A stretch of DNA of 64,000 bases from Clostridia bacterium (GCA_017541205.1 JAFXZO010000082.1:3248-67247); one strand, 5' to 3'; positions 1 through 9,900 are shown, counted from the first letter of the stretch. The notes: generated by a model from the letters alone, not told the origin. Program-made: numbers and translations.

Positions 1-511
1 CCAGGACGAGGCCATGAGCATTTCGGATATGATCGTGGTGATGAAGGCGGGCGTGATGCAGCAGATGGGCCCGCCCCAGGACGTGTACGATCAGCCCGTG
101 AACCTGTTCGTCGCCACCTTCCTTGGCACGCCGCAGATCAACGTATTCGATGGGGAGGTCAAAAACGGCTGGCTGTACATCGGCGGGGATCGGGTGCTGG
201 AGACGCCGGGGCCCGAGGATCAGAAGGTGTCCGTCGGCATCCGGCCGGAAGGGTTCACGCTGGATGAAAACGGGCCTTTCGCGCTGAACCTGGAACGCGT
301 GGAGGTCATGGGACGGGATACCAGCGTGGTTTCCACCCATCCCGCCAGCCGCAGCGCCTTTATCCGCTCCATCATCCCCGCGAGGAACCGGGTGGACAAA
401 ACGAAGAAAACCGTGCGCTTCCGCCTGATGCCGGACAAGGTGTTCCTCTTTGACGCGAAAACGGAGGAGCGGGTGCCCTTCACGCTTCCGCCCGAGGGGG
501 TGGAGGGATGA
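1..511 (+). CDS. Sugar ABC transporter ATP-binding protein, C-terminal part (MsmX/MalK/UgpC-like); 5' end lies upstream of the window
   Basis: The frame is open from base 2 (..QDEAMSISDMIVVMKAGV..). FLGTPQINVF is followed by a MalK-type C-terminal regulatory domain. The stop overlaps the next start (ATGA at 508-511). Confidence 0.8.
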   Translation, partial: QDEAMSISDMIVVMKAGVMQQMGPPQDVYDQPVNLFVATFLGTPQINVFDGEVKNGWLYIGGDRVLETPGPEDQKVSVGIRPEGFTLDENGPFALNLERVEVMGRDTSVVSTHPASRSAFIRSIIPARNRVDKTKKTVRFRLMPDKVFLFDAKTEERVPFTLPPEGVEG

Positions 512-1398
512 AAAAGAAAAGCATGAAGGGCTGGCTCTATCTGCTGCCCGCCATCCTGTTTTTAGGCTGCTTTATGGTGTATCCGCTGATCGACGTGCTG
601 ATCTACAGCGTGGAGGAGGGGTACAATTCCGCGTCCCAGACGTATTGGGGCGTCGGGCTGTACAATTATTCCTACGTGCTGCGCGATCCGTATTTTCTGC
701 AGGCGGTCAAAAACACGCTGATCCTGGTCGCGATCACGGTGCCGCTCTCAACGGGCTTCGCGCTGCTGATCTCCCTGGGCCTGAACGCCGTAAAACCCCT
801 CCGCAGCCTGTTCCAGACCGTGTATTTCCTGCCCTACGTCACCAATACCCTGGCCGTCGGGCTGGTATTCATGATCCTGTTCAAGAAAACGGCGTACACC
901 GAGGGCCTCGTCAACCTGATGCTGCAATGGTTCGGCGCATCCAGCGTCGATTTTATCGACGGGCCGTACTGGGCCAAGATGTTCGTGCTGTGCTTCTATA
1001 CGATCTGGGTGGTCATGCCCTTTAAGATCCTGATCCTCACCAGCGCCCTGGCCTCCGTGAACCCCGAATACTACAGCGCCGCGCGCATGGACGGCACCCG
1101 CCCCTTCCGCATCTTCTATAAAATCACCCTGCCCATGATTTCGCCCATGATCTTTTATCTGGTGATCACCGGCTTCATCGGCGCGTTCAAGGCGTACAGC
1201 GACGCCGTGGCCCTCTTCGGCACCGATCTGAACGCCGCGGGCATGAACACCATCGTGGGCTACGTGTATGACATGCTCTATGGCAACAGCGGCGGCTATC
1301 CCTCCTTCGCGTCCGCCGCGGCGCTGATCCTGTTCGCGATCGTGCTCACCATCACCTGCGTGAATTTGCTGATAAGCAAAAAAACGTCGGTGAACTGA
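508..1398 (+). CDS. Carbohydrate ABC transporter permease (MalF/UgpA-like)
   Basis: 296 aa multi-pass membrane protein. It is translationally coupled to the ATPase gene and has a binding-protein-dependent permease signature region (..SAARMDGTRPFRIFYKITLP..). Confidence 0.85.
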   Translation: MKKKSMKGWLYLLPAILFLGCFMVYPLIDVLIYSVEEGYNSASQTYWGVGLYNYSYVLRDPYFLQAVKNTLILVAITVPLSTGFALLISLGLNAVKPLRSLFQTVYFLPYVTNTLAVGLVFMILFKKTAYTEGLVNLMLQWFGASSVDFIDGPYWAKMFVLCFYTIWVVMPFKILILTSALASVNPEYYSAARMDGTRPFRIFYKITLPMISPMIFYLVITGFIGAFKAYSDAVALFGTDLNAAGMNTIVGYVYDMLYGNSGGYPSFASAAALILFAIVLTITCVNLLISKKTSVN

Positions 1399-1412
1399 GG
1401 GGAGGCGCGGAT

Positions 1413-2288
1413 ATGGAAAAGAAACTGGATTTTGACCGGATCGAACGCCGCGCAGCCGCCCGGAAAAAAGCGTTCCACGGGGCGGATTACCTGTTCCTGG
1501 CCGTCTGGGCCGTGATCGTGCTGTTCCCGTTCTACTGGATGCTGCTGACCTCCTTAAAGAGCTACAGCGCCTACAACGCGGAATACATCCCCCGGTTCTT
1601 CACCGCGAGCCCGACCCTGCAAAACTATTTCGACGCGTTCTCCGCGGTGTCGCTGGGCCGGTATTTCCTCAATACCATCCTCTTTACCGCGGTGACAACG
1701 GCCATGATGATGCTTGTTATCATTCCCGCGGCGTTCGCGTTCGCCCGGCTGGATTTTCCCGGCAAGCAGATCGCGTTCACGCTGTTTCTGTCCCTCATGA
1801 TGATCCCCAACGAATTGGTGGTCATCACCAATTTCGTCACCATCACCAACCTGCATCTGCGCAACACCTTCACGGGCCTCATCCTGCCCTCCGTCACCAG
1901 CGTGTTTTACATTTACCTGCTCAAAGAAAACTTCGAGCAGATCCCGGACGAGCTCTACAAGGCCGCGCGCGTGGACGGCACCACGGATTTCCAGTATCTT
2001 TTGCAGGTGATGATCCCCATCTGCAAGCCGACGCTGACGACCATCACGATCCTGAAGGTCATCGAGTGCTGGAATTCCTACGTCTGGCCCCGCCTGATTA
2101 CGGATAACCCGCAGTACTATCTGGTATCCAACGGCATCCAGGAGATCCGCGAAAACGGCTTCGGCCGCGAGAACATCCCCGCCATGATGGCGGCGGTGGT
2201 CGTGATCTCCGTGCCGCTGATCGCGCTGTTCCTGATCTTCCATAAAAAGGTCATGGCTGGCGTATCGAGGGGAGGGCTCAAGGGATGA
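1413..2288 (+). CDS. Carbohydrate ABC transporter permease (MalG/UgpE-like)
   Basis: 291 aa membrane protein with an EAA-type loop (..YKAARVDGTTDFQYLLQVMIP..). GGAGG-type RBS upstream. Confidence 0.85.
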   Translation: MEKKLDFDRIERRAAARKKAFHGADYLFLAVWAVIVLFPFYWMLLTSLKSYSAYNAEYIPRFFTASPTLQNYFDAFSAVSLGRYFLNTILFTAVTTAMMMLVIIPAAFAFARLDFPGKQIAFTLFLSLMMIPNELVVITNFVTITNLHLRNTFTGLILPSVTSVFYIYLLKENFEQIPDELYKAARVDGTTDFQYLLQVMIPICKPTLTTITILKVIECWNSYVWPRLITDNPQYYLVSNGIQEIRENGFGRENIPAMMAAVVVISVPLIALFLIFHKKVMAGVSRGGLKG

Positions 2289-3889
2289 AGAAGAGGCAAA
2301 AGCTCCTTTCCCTCTGCGCGCTGCTGATCCTGTGCGCGTTCCTGTCCGCCTGCCACGGCTCCCGGGAAACCAGCGCCTTTGCCGTGCCGGATACGTTTGA
2401 CGAAAGCCGCAGCTATGAGATCACCTTCTGGGCCAAGAACGACACCAACAAGACCCAGACCGCCGTGTATGAAAAGGCCATTGCGGATTTTGAAAGCGCG
2501 TATCCCAACATCCATGTGAACATGCGCCTGTATACCGATTACGGCCGCATCTATAACGACGTGGTCACCAATATCGCGACCGGGACCACGCCCAATGTGT
2601 GCATCACCTACCCGGACCATATCGCCACCTACCTGACGGGCAGCAACGTGATCGCCCCGCTGGACGAACTGTTCCAGCATGAAAAGTACGGCCTGGGCGG
2701 CAGCGAACTGCGCTTTGACGGGCCCAAGCAGAGCGAGATCGTGCCCAAGTTCCTGGAGGAATGCAGGCTCGGCGCGCATTATTACGCCCTGCCCTACATG
2801 CGCTCCACCGAGGCCCTCTACATCAACAAAACGTTTGTGGAGGCCCTGGGCTATACCCTGCCCGACGTGATCACCTGGGATTTTATCTGGGAGGTTTCGG
2901 ACGCCGCGGCGAAAAAGGACGAAAACGGCAATTATCTCCTCAACGGCCAGAAAACCATGATCCCCTTCATTTATAAATCCACCGACAACATGATGATCCA
3001 GATGCTTAAGCAGCTGGACGCGCCGTATTCCACCGCCGAAGGGGACATCCTCATCTTTAACGATACCACCCGCGAGCTCCTTTTGACCGTGCGCGATCAT
3101 GTGCTCACCGGGGCGTTCTCCACCTTCAAGATCTCCAGCTATCCCGGCAATTTTCTCAATGCCGGCCAGTGCGTCTTCGGCGTGGACTCCACCGCCGGGG
3201 CCACCTGGATGGGCCCGAACGCCCCGCACCTGGACATCGCCGCCGATCAGATCCAGGATTACGAATTGGCCGTGCGCCCCGTGCCGCAGTTTGACCCGGA
3301 GCATCCGGCCATGATCTCCCAGGGGCCGTCCGTGTGCGTATTCAACAAGGAAGACCCGCAGGAGGTGCTGGCCAGCTGGCTGTTTGCGCAGTATCTGCTC
3401 TCCGACGGCGTGCAGATCGGCTATTCCCAGACGGAGGGCTATGTGCCCGTGACGCTCAAGGCCCAGCAAAACCCCGCCTATCAGGAATACCTTTCCCGCA
3501 AGGGCGAGGATAACGACCTGTATTACAGCATCAAGATCGAGGCGGCGGAGCTGCTCATGCAGTACACGGACCGCACCTTCGTCACCCCCGTGTTCAGCGG
3601 CTCCGCCTCCCTGCGCGACGCCGCGGGGCAGCTGATCGAGGAAGTCACCAAGGGCGTCCGCCGCAAAAAAACCGTGGACGACGCGTTCGTGGATCAATTG
3701 TTCAGCCAGATCAACTCCCTTTACCGCCTGGACCAGATCAGCGCCCAGGACCTCGCCGCCGCGAAAAAGGACCTGAGCCCCCTCCCCGGCACCGCCGTGG
3801 GCCTGCTCTGCGCCATCGCCGCGGTCTGGGTGCTGATGGGCGTATACTGGGTTTCGCGCGTTATCCGGCAAAAGAAGAAAAAAGCGTGA
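2285..3889 (+). CDS. Extracellular solute-binding lipoprotein of the sugar ABC system, with an extra C-terminal hydrophobic anchor
   Basis: ATGA overlap with the upstream permease. Signal peptide with lipobox (..FLSAC..). Family-1 sugar-binding-protein-like body. The C-terminus is GTAVGLLCAIAAVWVLMGVYWV followed by RVIRQKKKKA. Confidence 0.8.
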   Translation: MKKRQKLLSLCALLILCAFLSACHGSRETSAFAVPDTFDESRSYEITFWAKNDTNKTQTAVYEKAIADFESAYPNIHVNMRLYTDYGRIYNDVVTNIATGTTPNVCITYPDHIATYLTGSNVIAPLDELFQHEKYGLGGSELRFDGPKQSEIVPKFLEECRLGAHYYALPYMRSTEALYINKTFVEALGYTLPDVITWDFIWEVSDAAAKKDENGNYLLNGQKTMIPFIYKSTDNMMIQMLKQLDAPYSTAEGDILIFNDTTRELLLTVRDHVLTGAFSTFKISSYPGNFLNAGQCVFGVDSTAGATWMGPNAPHLDIAADQIQDYELAVRPVPQFDPEHPAMISQGPSVCVFNKEDPQEVLASWLFAQYLLSDGVQIGYSQTEGYVPVTLKAQQNPAYQEYLSRKGEDNDLYYSIKIEAAELLMQYTDRTFVTPVFSGSASLRDAAGQLIEEVTKGVRRKKTVDDAFVDQLFSQINSLYRLDQISAQDLAAAKKDLSPLPGTAVGLLCAIAAVWVLMGVYWVSRVIRQKKKKA

Positions 3890-3974
3890 CAAAAAACAGC
3901 TCCTTTCGGAGGACGATCCGATAGGAGCCGTGCGTATAAAGAGGTCCGGGAGATGAAATCTCCTGGCGCTGGGT

Positions 3975-4006
3975 GCAGGGACCGCGTAAGGCCCCTGCTT
4001 CGTTTT
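3975..4006 (+). terminator. Putative intrinsic terminator after the sugar ABC operon
   Basis: GCAGGG (3975-3980) pairs with CCCTGC (3993-3998) and is followed by TTCGTTTT. It lies between convergent genes. Confidence 0.4.
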
Positions 4007-4728
4007 CACGCCTTGGCGTTCCGGCTCTTGCCCAGATACGCTTCCTTCACCTGCGGGTCATCCAGCAATTCCTTGCCCGTTCCGTGCAGGGTGATGCGTC
4101 CGGTTTCCAATACGTACGCGGAATCGGCGATGCGCAGGGCCGCGTTGGCGTTCTGCTCCACCAGCAGGATCGTGATGCCTTCCTCATGCAGCTTTTCGAT
4201 GATCCGGAAAATATCGCGGATCACCAGCGGCGCAAGGCCCAGGGACGGCTCGTCCATCATCATCAGCTTAGGCCGCATCATCATGGCGCGGCCCACGGCC
4301 AGCATTTGCTGTTCGCCGCCGGAGAGCGTGCCCGCCATCTGCCAGGAGCGTTCCTTAAGGCGCGGGAACATCTGGTATACATGATCGATATCCGGCTGGA
4401 TATCGTCCCTGCGCAGATACGCGCCGACCTTCAGGTTTTCCAGTACGGTCAGGTTGGGGAACACGCGCCGCCCTTCGGGCACCATGCCGATGCCCTCGGA
4501 GACGATCTTCTGCGGGCTTTGGCCGCTGATCACCTGGCCGTCGTAGGTGATGGTGCCTTCCCGCAGGGGCAGCAGGCCCGATATGGCGCGCAGCGTGGTG
4601 GATTTGCCCGCGCCGTTCGCGCCGATCAGGGTCACGATCTCCCCTTTTTCCACGGTCAGGGAAATGCCCTTGATGGCCTCGATGCCGCCGTAGCTCACTT
4701 TCAAATCTTTGATGTACAGCAGGCTCAT
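4006..4728 (-). CDS. livF: Branched-chain amino acid ABC transporter ATP-binding protein LivF
   Basis: 240 aa with Walker A GANGAGKST, LSGGEQQML signature and Walker B MMMDEP. ATGA overlap with livG. Confidence 0.9.
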   Translation of the reverse strand: MSLLYIKDLKVSYGGIEAIKGISLTVEKGEIVTLIGANGAGKSTTLRAISGLLPLREGTITYDGQVISGQSPQKIVSEGIGMVPEGRRVFPNLTVLENLKVGAYLRRDDIQPDIDHVYQMFPRLKERSWQMAGTLSGGEQQMLAVGRAMMMRPKLMMMDEPSLGLAPLVIRDIFRIIEKLHEEGITILLVEQNANAALRIADSAYVLETGRITLHGTGKELLDDPQVKEAYLGKSRNAKA

Positions 4729-5567
4729 TCGTCATTCCCTCCCAAGTAGGCGTCGATGACCGCCTGGTTATTCTGGATCTCCTCCGGGGTGCCCTCGGCG
4801 ATCAGCTTGCCGAACTCGATCACATAGATGCGGTCGGAAATGCCCATGACCAGGTCCATATGATGCTCGATCACGAACACGGTCAGGTTGAAATCCCGCT
4901 TGATCTGCTGGATGAACGCGCCCAGATCGAGCGTTTCCTGGGGGTTCATGCCGGCCGCGGGCTCGTCCAGGAGCAGCAGGCTCGGCTCCGTGGCCAGCGC
5001 GCGTGCGATTTCGAGCCGGCGCTGCTTGCCGTAGGGGAGCGAGGTGGCCTTCTCGTCGGCTACGTCCTCCAGGCCAACGATGCGCAGCAGGTCCATGGCC
5101 TTTTCCCGATTGCGCTTTTCTTCTTTGTAGTTGAGGCCGAAGGCCGCCGTAAAGATGTTGCTGGTGCGGCGCATATGGGTGGCGATCAGGACGTTTTCAA
5201 ACGCGGTCTGGCTCTTAAAGAGGCGGATATTCTGGAAGGTGCGGGCAATGCCCAGCTTTGTGATCCTGTCCGCGGTCATGGAGGTCTGCATGTTCAGGAA
5301 TTTTTCCGGATCGCTGCCCGCGTACATGCGCTTCATTTTGCCGCGGGGGTGATTGGCGGCGATGGGCTTGCCGTGGAAATAGACCGCGCCGTTGGTAGGC
5401 TCATACACGCCGGTGACGCAGTTGAAGGCCGTGGTCTTGCCCGCGCCGTTGGGTCCGATCAGGGCCACGATCTCGCCCTCGTCAATGCGCATGGACAGAT
5501 CGTTGATGGCCACCACGCCGCCAAACTGCATGGTGATGTTTTCCAGGCGCAATACGTTTTCGCTCAT
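4725..5567 (-). CDS. livG: Branched-chain amino acid ABC transporter ATP-binding protein LivG
   Basis: The start was moved to MSENVLRLENITMQFGG (ATG at 5567, ATGA overlap with the livM stop). Walker A GPNGAGKTT. LivG-type insertion and signature are present. Confidence 0.9.
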   Translation of the reverse strand: MSENVLRLENITMQFGGVVAINDLSMRIDEGEIVALIGPNGAGKTTAFNCVTGVYEPTNGAVYFHGKPIAANHPRGKMKRMYAGSDPEKFLNMQTSMTADRITKLGIARTFQNIRLFKSQTAFENVLIATHMRRTSNIFTAAFGLNYKEEKRNREKAMDLLRIVGLEDVADEKATSLPYGKQRRLEIARALATEPSLLLLDEPAAGMNPQETLDLGAFIQQIKRDFNLTVFVIEHHMDLVMGISDRIYVIEFGKLIAEGTPEEIQNNQAVIDAYLGGNDE

Positions 5568-6646
5568 TGCTTTGCCCTCCCCGCTTTTTTTCTGCCGGGC
5601 AGGCGCAGGTTCCATAGCTCCCTGTCGCCCATGATGCCCCGGCGGAAGAAGAGGACCACCACCATGATGACCGCGGAGAACGCGACCATGCGGAAGCCCG
5701 AACGCAGCAGGGGCACCTGGAAGGAGCCGATGAACTGCTCGTTATCCAGGAACCGAAGCCACCATTCGCTGCACGCGATATACAGATAAGAGGCGATCAC
5801 GCTGCCGCTGATGGAGCCCATGCCGCCGATGACCACCATGAGCAGGATATCGTACGTCATGGCGGACTTAAAGGAATTCGCCTGCACCGTGCCCTGGAAC
5901 ATGGCCAGCAGCGCGCCGCCGATGCCCGCGAAGAAGCAGCTGATAACGAAGGCGAGCTCCTTGTGCTTGAACAGGTTGATGCCCATGGCCTCGGCCGCCA
6001 CCTCATCGTCCCGGATGGCCTTGAAGGCGCGGCCATAGGTGGAATTGATGATGAGCAGGATCAGCCCGATACAGACCCCGGCGACGATCATGGGGAAGAG
6101 CACGGTGGTGCCCAATATCTTGGTGCTGGCAAAGGTCGGGTAGGTCTTGAGCAGATTGGAGCCGTTGGTGATCGGGCCCAGGCTGTCCCACTGCACCACG
6201 GCGCGGATGATTTCCGCGAAGCCCAGCGTGGCGATGGCCAGATAATCGCTCTTTAAGCGCAGCACCGGCAGGCCCACCAGCGCGGCCAGGAGCGCCGCCA
6301 CCACGCCGGCGAGGATCAGCGCCACCAGCAGCGGCAATTCAAACTGGATGATGCCGCCGTTGTAATACTGGTATACCGCGGCGTGGCGTTTGAGCGGGAT
6401 GGTGAACACCGCGTATACATACGCGCCCACCAGCATAAACCCGGCCTGGCCCAGGGAAAACAGGCCGGTAAAGCCGTTGAGCAGGTTCATGGATACGGCG
6501 ATCAGGGCGTATACCGCGCCTTTTTTGAGCACCGTGATGAGCATGGAGTTGGTGCCGAGCGCTGTCTCGGCCCACCAGGCGGCCGCGTACAGCAGCGCCA
6601 CCACGGCAAGGGATACGATCAGGCGAGTTGCCGACATTTTTTTCAT
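5564..6646 (-). CDS. livM: Branched-chain amino acid ABC transporter permease LivM
   Basis: Multi-pass membrane protein. The start was placed at ATG 6646 (MKKMSATRL) because GAGGTG lies 6 nt upstream. The ORF track begins at a GTG at 6655. Confidence 0.85.
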   Translation of the reverse strand: MKKMSATRLIVSLAVVALLYAAAWWAETALGTNSMLITVLKKGAVYALIAVSMNLLNGFTGLFSLGQAGFMLVGAYVYAVFTIPLKRHAAVYQYYNGGIIQFELPLLVALILAGVVAALLAALVGLPVLRLKSDYLAIATLGFAEIIRAVVQWDSLGPITNGSNLLKTYPTFASTKILGTTVLFPMIVAGVCIGLILLIINSTYGRAFKAIRDDEVAAEAMGINLFKHKELAFVISCFFAGIGGALLAMFQGTVQANSFKSAMTYDILLMVVIGGMGSISGSVIASYLYIACSEWWLRFLDNEQFIGSFQVPLLRSGFRMVAFSAVIMVVVLFFRRGIMGDRELWNLRLPGRKKAGRAKQ

Positions 6647-6656
6647 CGCGCTCACC

Positions 6657-7535
6657 TCACACCTTCTCGGCGGTCTTTTCGCCGAACAGCCCGGTGGGCC
6701 TGAACAGGAGCACGATGATCAGCAGGGCGAAGGTAAACGCATCGGAAAACGCGGTATAGCCCGCCGCCTTGATGAGATTTTCGCAGATGCCGATGACCGC
6801 CGCGCCGATGACCGCCCCGGGGATGGAGCCGATGCCGCCGAATACCGCGGCAACGAAGGCCTTCAGGCCCGGCATCGCGCCGACGGTCGGGGTCACGGTG
6901 GAATAGTTGGTGAAGTACAGCATGCTCCCGACCGCCGCCAGGCCGGAACCGATGACGAACGTCATTGAAATGACAGAATTGATGCGGATGCCCATGAGCT
7001 GGCTGGTTTCAAAATCATGGGACACGGCGCGCATCGCCATGCCGATCTTGGTATGCTTAATCAGCATCACCAGCGCCACCACCAGCCCGATGGTCAGGAT
7101 GGGGGTCACGATGGTGACCACCTTGGTGGAGGCGGTAAAAACCTGTACGTTATCGCTCAGCCACGGCAGCACGGGGTACTGCTTGGCCAGGCCGCCCGTC
7201 ACATACCACATCAGGTTTTGCAGCAGGTAGGACGCGCCGATGGCGGAGATCATGACCGACATGCGGGGCGCGGAGCGAAGCGGCTTATACGCCACCCTTT
7301 CCAGCAGGAACCCCAGCGCGACCGTCAGCGCGATCACCACCGGCACGGAAACCGTCATCGGCATGGACGCCGTGATATAGACCATAAAGAAGCCCGCCGC
7401 CGTGAATATATCGCCATGGGCAAAGTTGATCAGCCGCAGGATGCCGTACACCATCGTGTACCCCACGGAGATCAGCGCGTATTGACCGCCCACGGAAATG
7501 CCGGCCAGCAGGTAGGGCAGGATTCTGTCAAACAT
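6657..7535 (-). CDS. livH: Branched-chain amino acid ABC transporter permease LivH
   Basis: The start was moved to MFDRILPYLLAGISVGGQYAL (ATG 7535, AAGGTGG RBS). Typical LivH-family membrane protein. Confidence 0.85.
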   Translation of the reverse strand: MFDRILPYLLAGISVGGQYALISVGYTMVYGILRLINFAHGDIFTAAGFFMVYITASMPMTVSVPVVIALTVALGFLLERVAYKPLRSAPRMSVMISAIGASYLLQNLMWYVTGGLAKQYPVLPWLSDNVQVFTASTKVVTIVTPILTIGLVVALVMLIKHTKIGMAMRAVSHDFETSQLMGIRINSVISMTFVIGSGLAAVGSMLYFTNYSTVTPTVGAMPGLKAFVAAVFGGIGSIPGAVIGAAVIGICENLIKAAGYTAFSDAFTFALLIIVLLFRPTGLFGEKTAEKV

Positions 7536-7626
7536 GCGGGGAGCCACCTTTCTTTTGAACTGCGCATATTTATGGAAAAGAACCCGCGTATCTTGCGCGG
7601 GTTCGCCTATCCAATGAGCCATCCCG

Positions 7627-7666
7627 AACGAAAAGAGAGGGAATGCCGCACAGGCGCGGCATTCCC
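7627..7666 (-). terminator. Strong hairpin with a U-rich tail between the binding-protein gene and the permease genes (attenuating terminator)
   Basis: Perfect 11-bp stem: GGGAATGCCGC (7639-7649) pairs with GCGGCATTCCC (7656-7666). On the minus strand it is followed by TCTCTTTTCGTT. Confidence 0.5.
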
Positions 7667-7682
7667 TGATGGGAAACAGCGC

Positions 7683-8852
7683 TTACAGGCCGGCCACGGA
7701 CTGGGTCTTGACGAAGTCGAAGGCGCCGGTTTCGGTGTTGGCCTTCTTGACGTAAGCCATATCCTTGACGGCGTCGCCGATCTCGTCAAAGGCGATGGCG
7801 CCGGTCACGGCGTTTTCATAAACCAGGGAGGGCAGCGCGGCCGCGATGGCGGCGGGATCCGCGGAGCCGGCGGCCTGGATGGCGGCCAGGGCCACGTTGT
7901 AGCCGTCGAAGCCCAGCGCGCTCACGGCAGCGACGATGTCGTTGCCGCCGTTGTTGGTCTTCTTATCGGCGTTCGCGTTCAGCCAGGCCTTGAAGCCGGA
8001 AACGAATGCAGCGGCGGCGGCGCCGTCGTCGTTTTCGTCAAAGAACGTGGAAACATAGACGTCGATGTTCTTGCCCTTGGCGGCTTCCAGGATAACGGAG
8101 GATTCCCAGGTATCGCCGGCCAGCAGGGGGAAGGACACGTTCAGCGCCGCGGCCTGGTCGATGATGAGGGAAGCGTAGGTGGTGGCGCAGGGAGCGAACA
8201 CGCAGTCCGCGCCGGCGTTCACGGCGTTGTTGATGTAAGCGGAGAAATCGCTGGTGCCTTCGGGGAAGGTTTCAGCGACCACTTCGCCGCCCAGGGCCTT
8301 GAACGCGTCGCTGAAATAGTGGCCCAGGCCGTTGCCGTAGTCTTCGCCCAGCATGGTGAGCACATAGGCCTTCTTGCAGCCCAGGGAGTTGGCGAAGTTC
8401 GCCATCACGCTGCCCTGGAAGGGATCCAGGAAGCAGATGCGCCAATAATAATCGCACAGGGTGGTCACGGAGGGGTTGGTGCAGCTCAGGCCGATTGCGG
8501 GCACCTCGGCGGAGGCGAACACGTCGCCGCCGGCCATGGACGCGCCGGAACCGTAGGAGCCCAGCACCACGCTCACGCCCGCGCTGACCAGTTCCTGCGC
8601 CGCGGTGACGGCCTTGCTGGAATCGGACTGGTTATCCACGTTCACCAGCTGAATGGTGTATTCCACGCCGTTGAGGGTAATGGTGGGGGCCAGGCTGTGG
8701 GCATATTCAACGCCCAGCACTTCCTGCTTGCCGCCCGCGCCGTTATCGCCGGAAGAGGGCTCGAACACGCCGATCTTGATGATGTTTTCCGCGCTCGCGA
8801 GCACCGGGATCATCAGAGCCAATACCAATATCAGGGCCAGAACCTTTTTCAT
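7683..8852 (-). CDS. livJ: Branched-chain amino acid ABC transporter substrate-binding protein (LivJ/K-like)
   Basis: Signal peptide MKKVLALILVLALMIPVLASA followed by a type-I periplasmic-binding-fold sequence. The start was placed at ATG 8852, 9 nt after GGAG. The ORF track starts at 8867. Confidence 0.85.
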   Translation of the reverse strand: MKKVLALILVLALMIPVLASAENIIKIGVFEPSSGDNGAGGKQEVLGVEYAHSLAPTITLNGVEYTIQLVNVDNQSDSSKAVTAAQELVSAGVSVVLGSYGSGASMAGGDVFASAEVPAIGLSCTNPSVTTLCDYYWRICFLDPFQGSVMANFANSLGCKKAYVLTMLGEDYGNGLGHYFSDAFKALGGEVVAETFPEGTSDFSAYINNAVNAGADCVFAPCATTYASLIIDQAAALNVSFPLLAGDTWESSVILEAAKGKNIDVYVSTFFDENDDGAAAAAFVSGFKAWLNANADKKTNNGGNDIVAAVSALGFDGYNVALAAIQAAGSADPAAIAAALPSLVYENAVTGAIAFDEIGDAVKDMAYVKKANTETGAFDFVKTQSVAGL

Positions 8853-9002
8853 TTTGGTCATCTCCATTCGTTTGTTTGGGTACCGGATTCTATCTTACTT
8901 GATCTGCGCCGCCTATTCAATAGGAAAACAAAATAAATGCAAAACGGATACAATTTGGGAGCCGCCGTGATCCGCGCAGCTTTCATCACAAACAAAGGGA
9001 AA

Positions 9003-9878
9003 TTATCCCTCGATTGCTTTGATTTCTCCGATGATCGTCTTGACCAGCGCGACCCGGCGGAAGGGGGTCATGATGTAAAAGCCGTCCACGAAGGGGCCGA
9101 TGCGCGCGGCGGTATCGCCGCACAGCTTCCGGGCCAGCGCTTCGCCCCGCTCCCGATCCAGGCCTTCGTAGGCGCGGATCACCTGTTCGTCGATTTGCAC
9201 GCCGTTTACCTCCTTTTGCAGGAAGCGGGCGTTTTTATAGCTCACGATGGGAAAGAGGCCGCCCAGCAAAAAGCCGTGCAGCCGCCCGCGGGCGCGCCGC
9301 ACGTTTTCCTCGGCTTGCGCGCTGCACACGGGCTGGGTCAGAAACGCCTGGATGCCGCATTCCTCCTTGCGCTGGGCGCGGATCAGCTCGGCGTCAAAAT
9401 TCCGGGCGTTGATGTTGAGCGCGCCGCACAGGAAAAAGGGCTGGAGCTGGCCCTCCTTTTCCAGATCGCGCAGGCTTTGCGCCAGCGTGCGGGCGGTCAG
9501 CTGGAACACGCCCTTGATGTGATCGCGGTTTTCTTTTGCGACGGGATCGCCGGTCACGAGCAGCACGCTATGGATGCTTTCCATATCCAGCCCGAGCAGC
9601 AGGGACAGGATCGCGTTCAGGTTCCGGTCCCGGCACGCCATGTGGGGCAGCACCTGCAAGCCGAATTCGCGCTTTAGGCGCGCTGCCAGCATGCACGCGT
9701 TCACGCTGGCCCGGCCGATGGGGCAGTCCGCGATGGTGATGACGTCCGCGCCGCCCCGGCACAGCTCCTGCGCCCCGGCCAGGAAATCCTGCGGGGCCGT
9801 CTGGCGCGGCGGGTCAAACTCCACCAGGATGGGCCGCGCCTTTTGTTCCAATAATTCCTGCAAAGATTTTTCGTTCAT
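9003..9878 (-). CDS. metF: Methylenetetrahydrofolate reductase
   Basis: 291 aa. Motifs typical of the MetF family: ..VEFDPPR.. and ..ITIADCPIGRASVNACMLAARLKREFGLQVLPHMACRDRN..LLVTGDP.. Confidence 0.8.
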   Translation of the reverse strand: MNEKSLQELLEQKARPILVEFDPPRQTAPQDFLAGAQELCRGGADVITIADCPIGRASVNACMLAARLKREFGLQVLPHMACRDRNLNAILSLLLGLDMESIHSVLLVTGDPVAKENRDHIKGVFQLTARTLAQSLRDLEKEGQLQPFFLCGALNINARNFDAELIRAQRKEECGIQAFLTQPVCSAQAEENVRRARGRLHGFLLGGLFPIVSYKNARFLQKEVNGVQIDEQVIRAYEGLDRERGEALARKLCGDTAARIGPFVDGFYIMTPFRRVALVKTIIGEIKAIEG

Positions 9879-9900
9879 ACCGCGCCTCTGCCGTATCGGT

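Noticed and set aside
2117-4009. 630-aa minus-strand ORF
   Set aside because: It is antisense to the solute-binding-protein gene. It has the same GC-shadow composition (runs of G, A, R, H, D) and no start context.
7017-8936. 639-aa plus-strand ORF
   Set aside because: It is antisense to livH and livJ, which have strong family signatures. The translation is His/Gly/Arg/Asp-rich and implausible.
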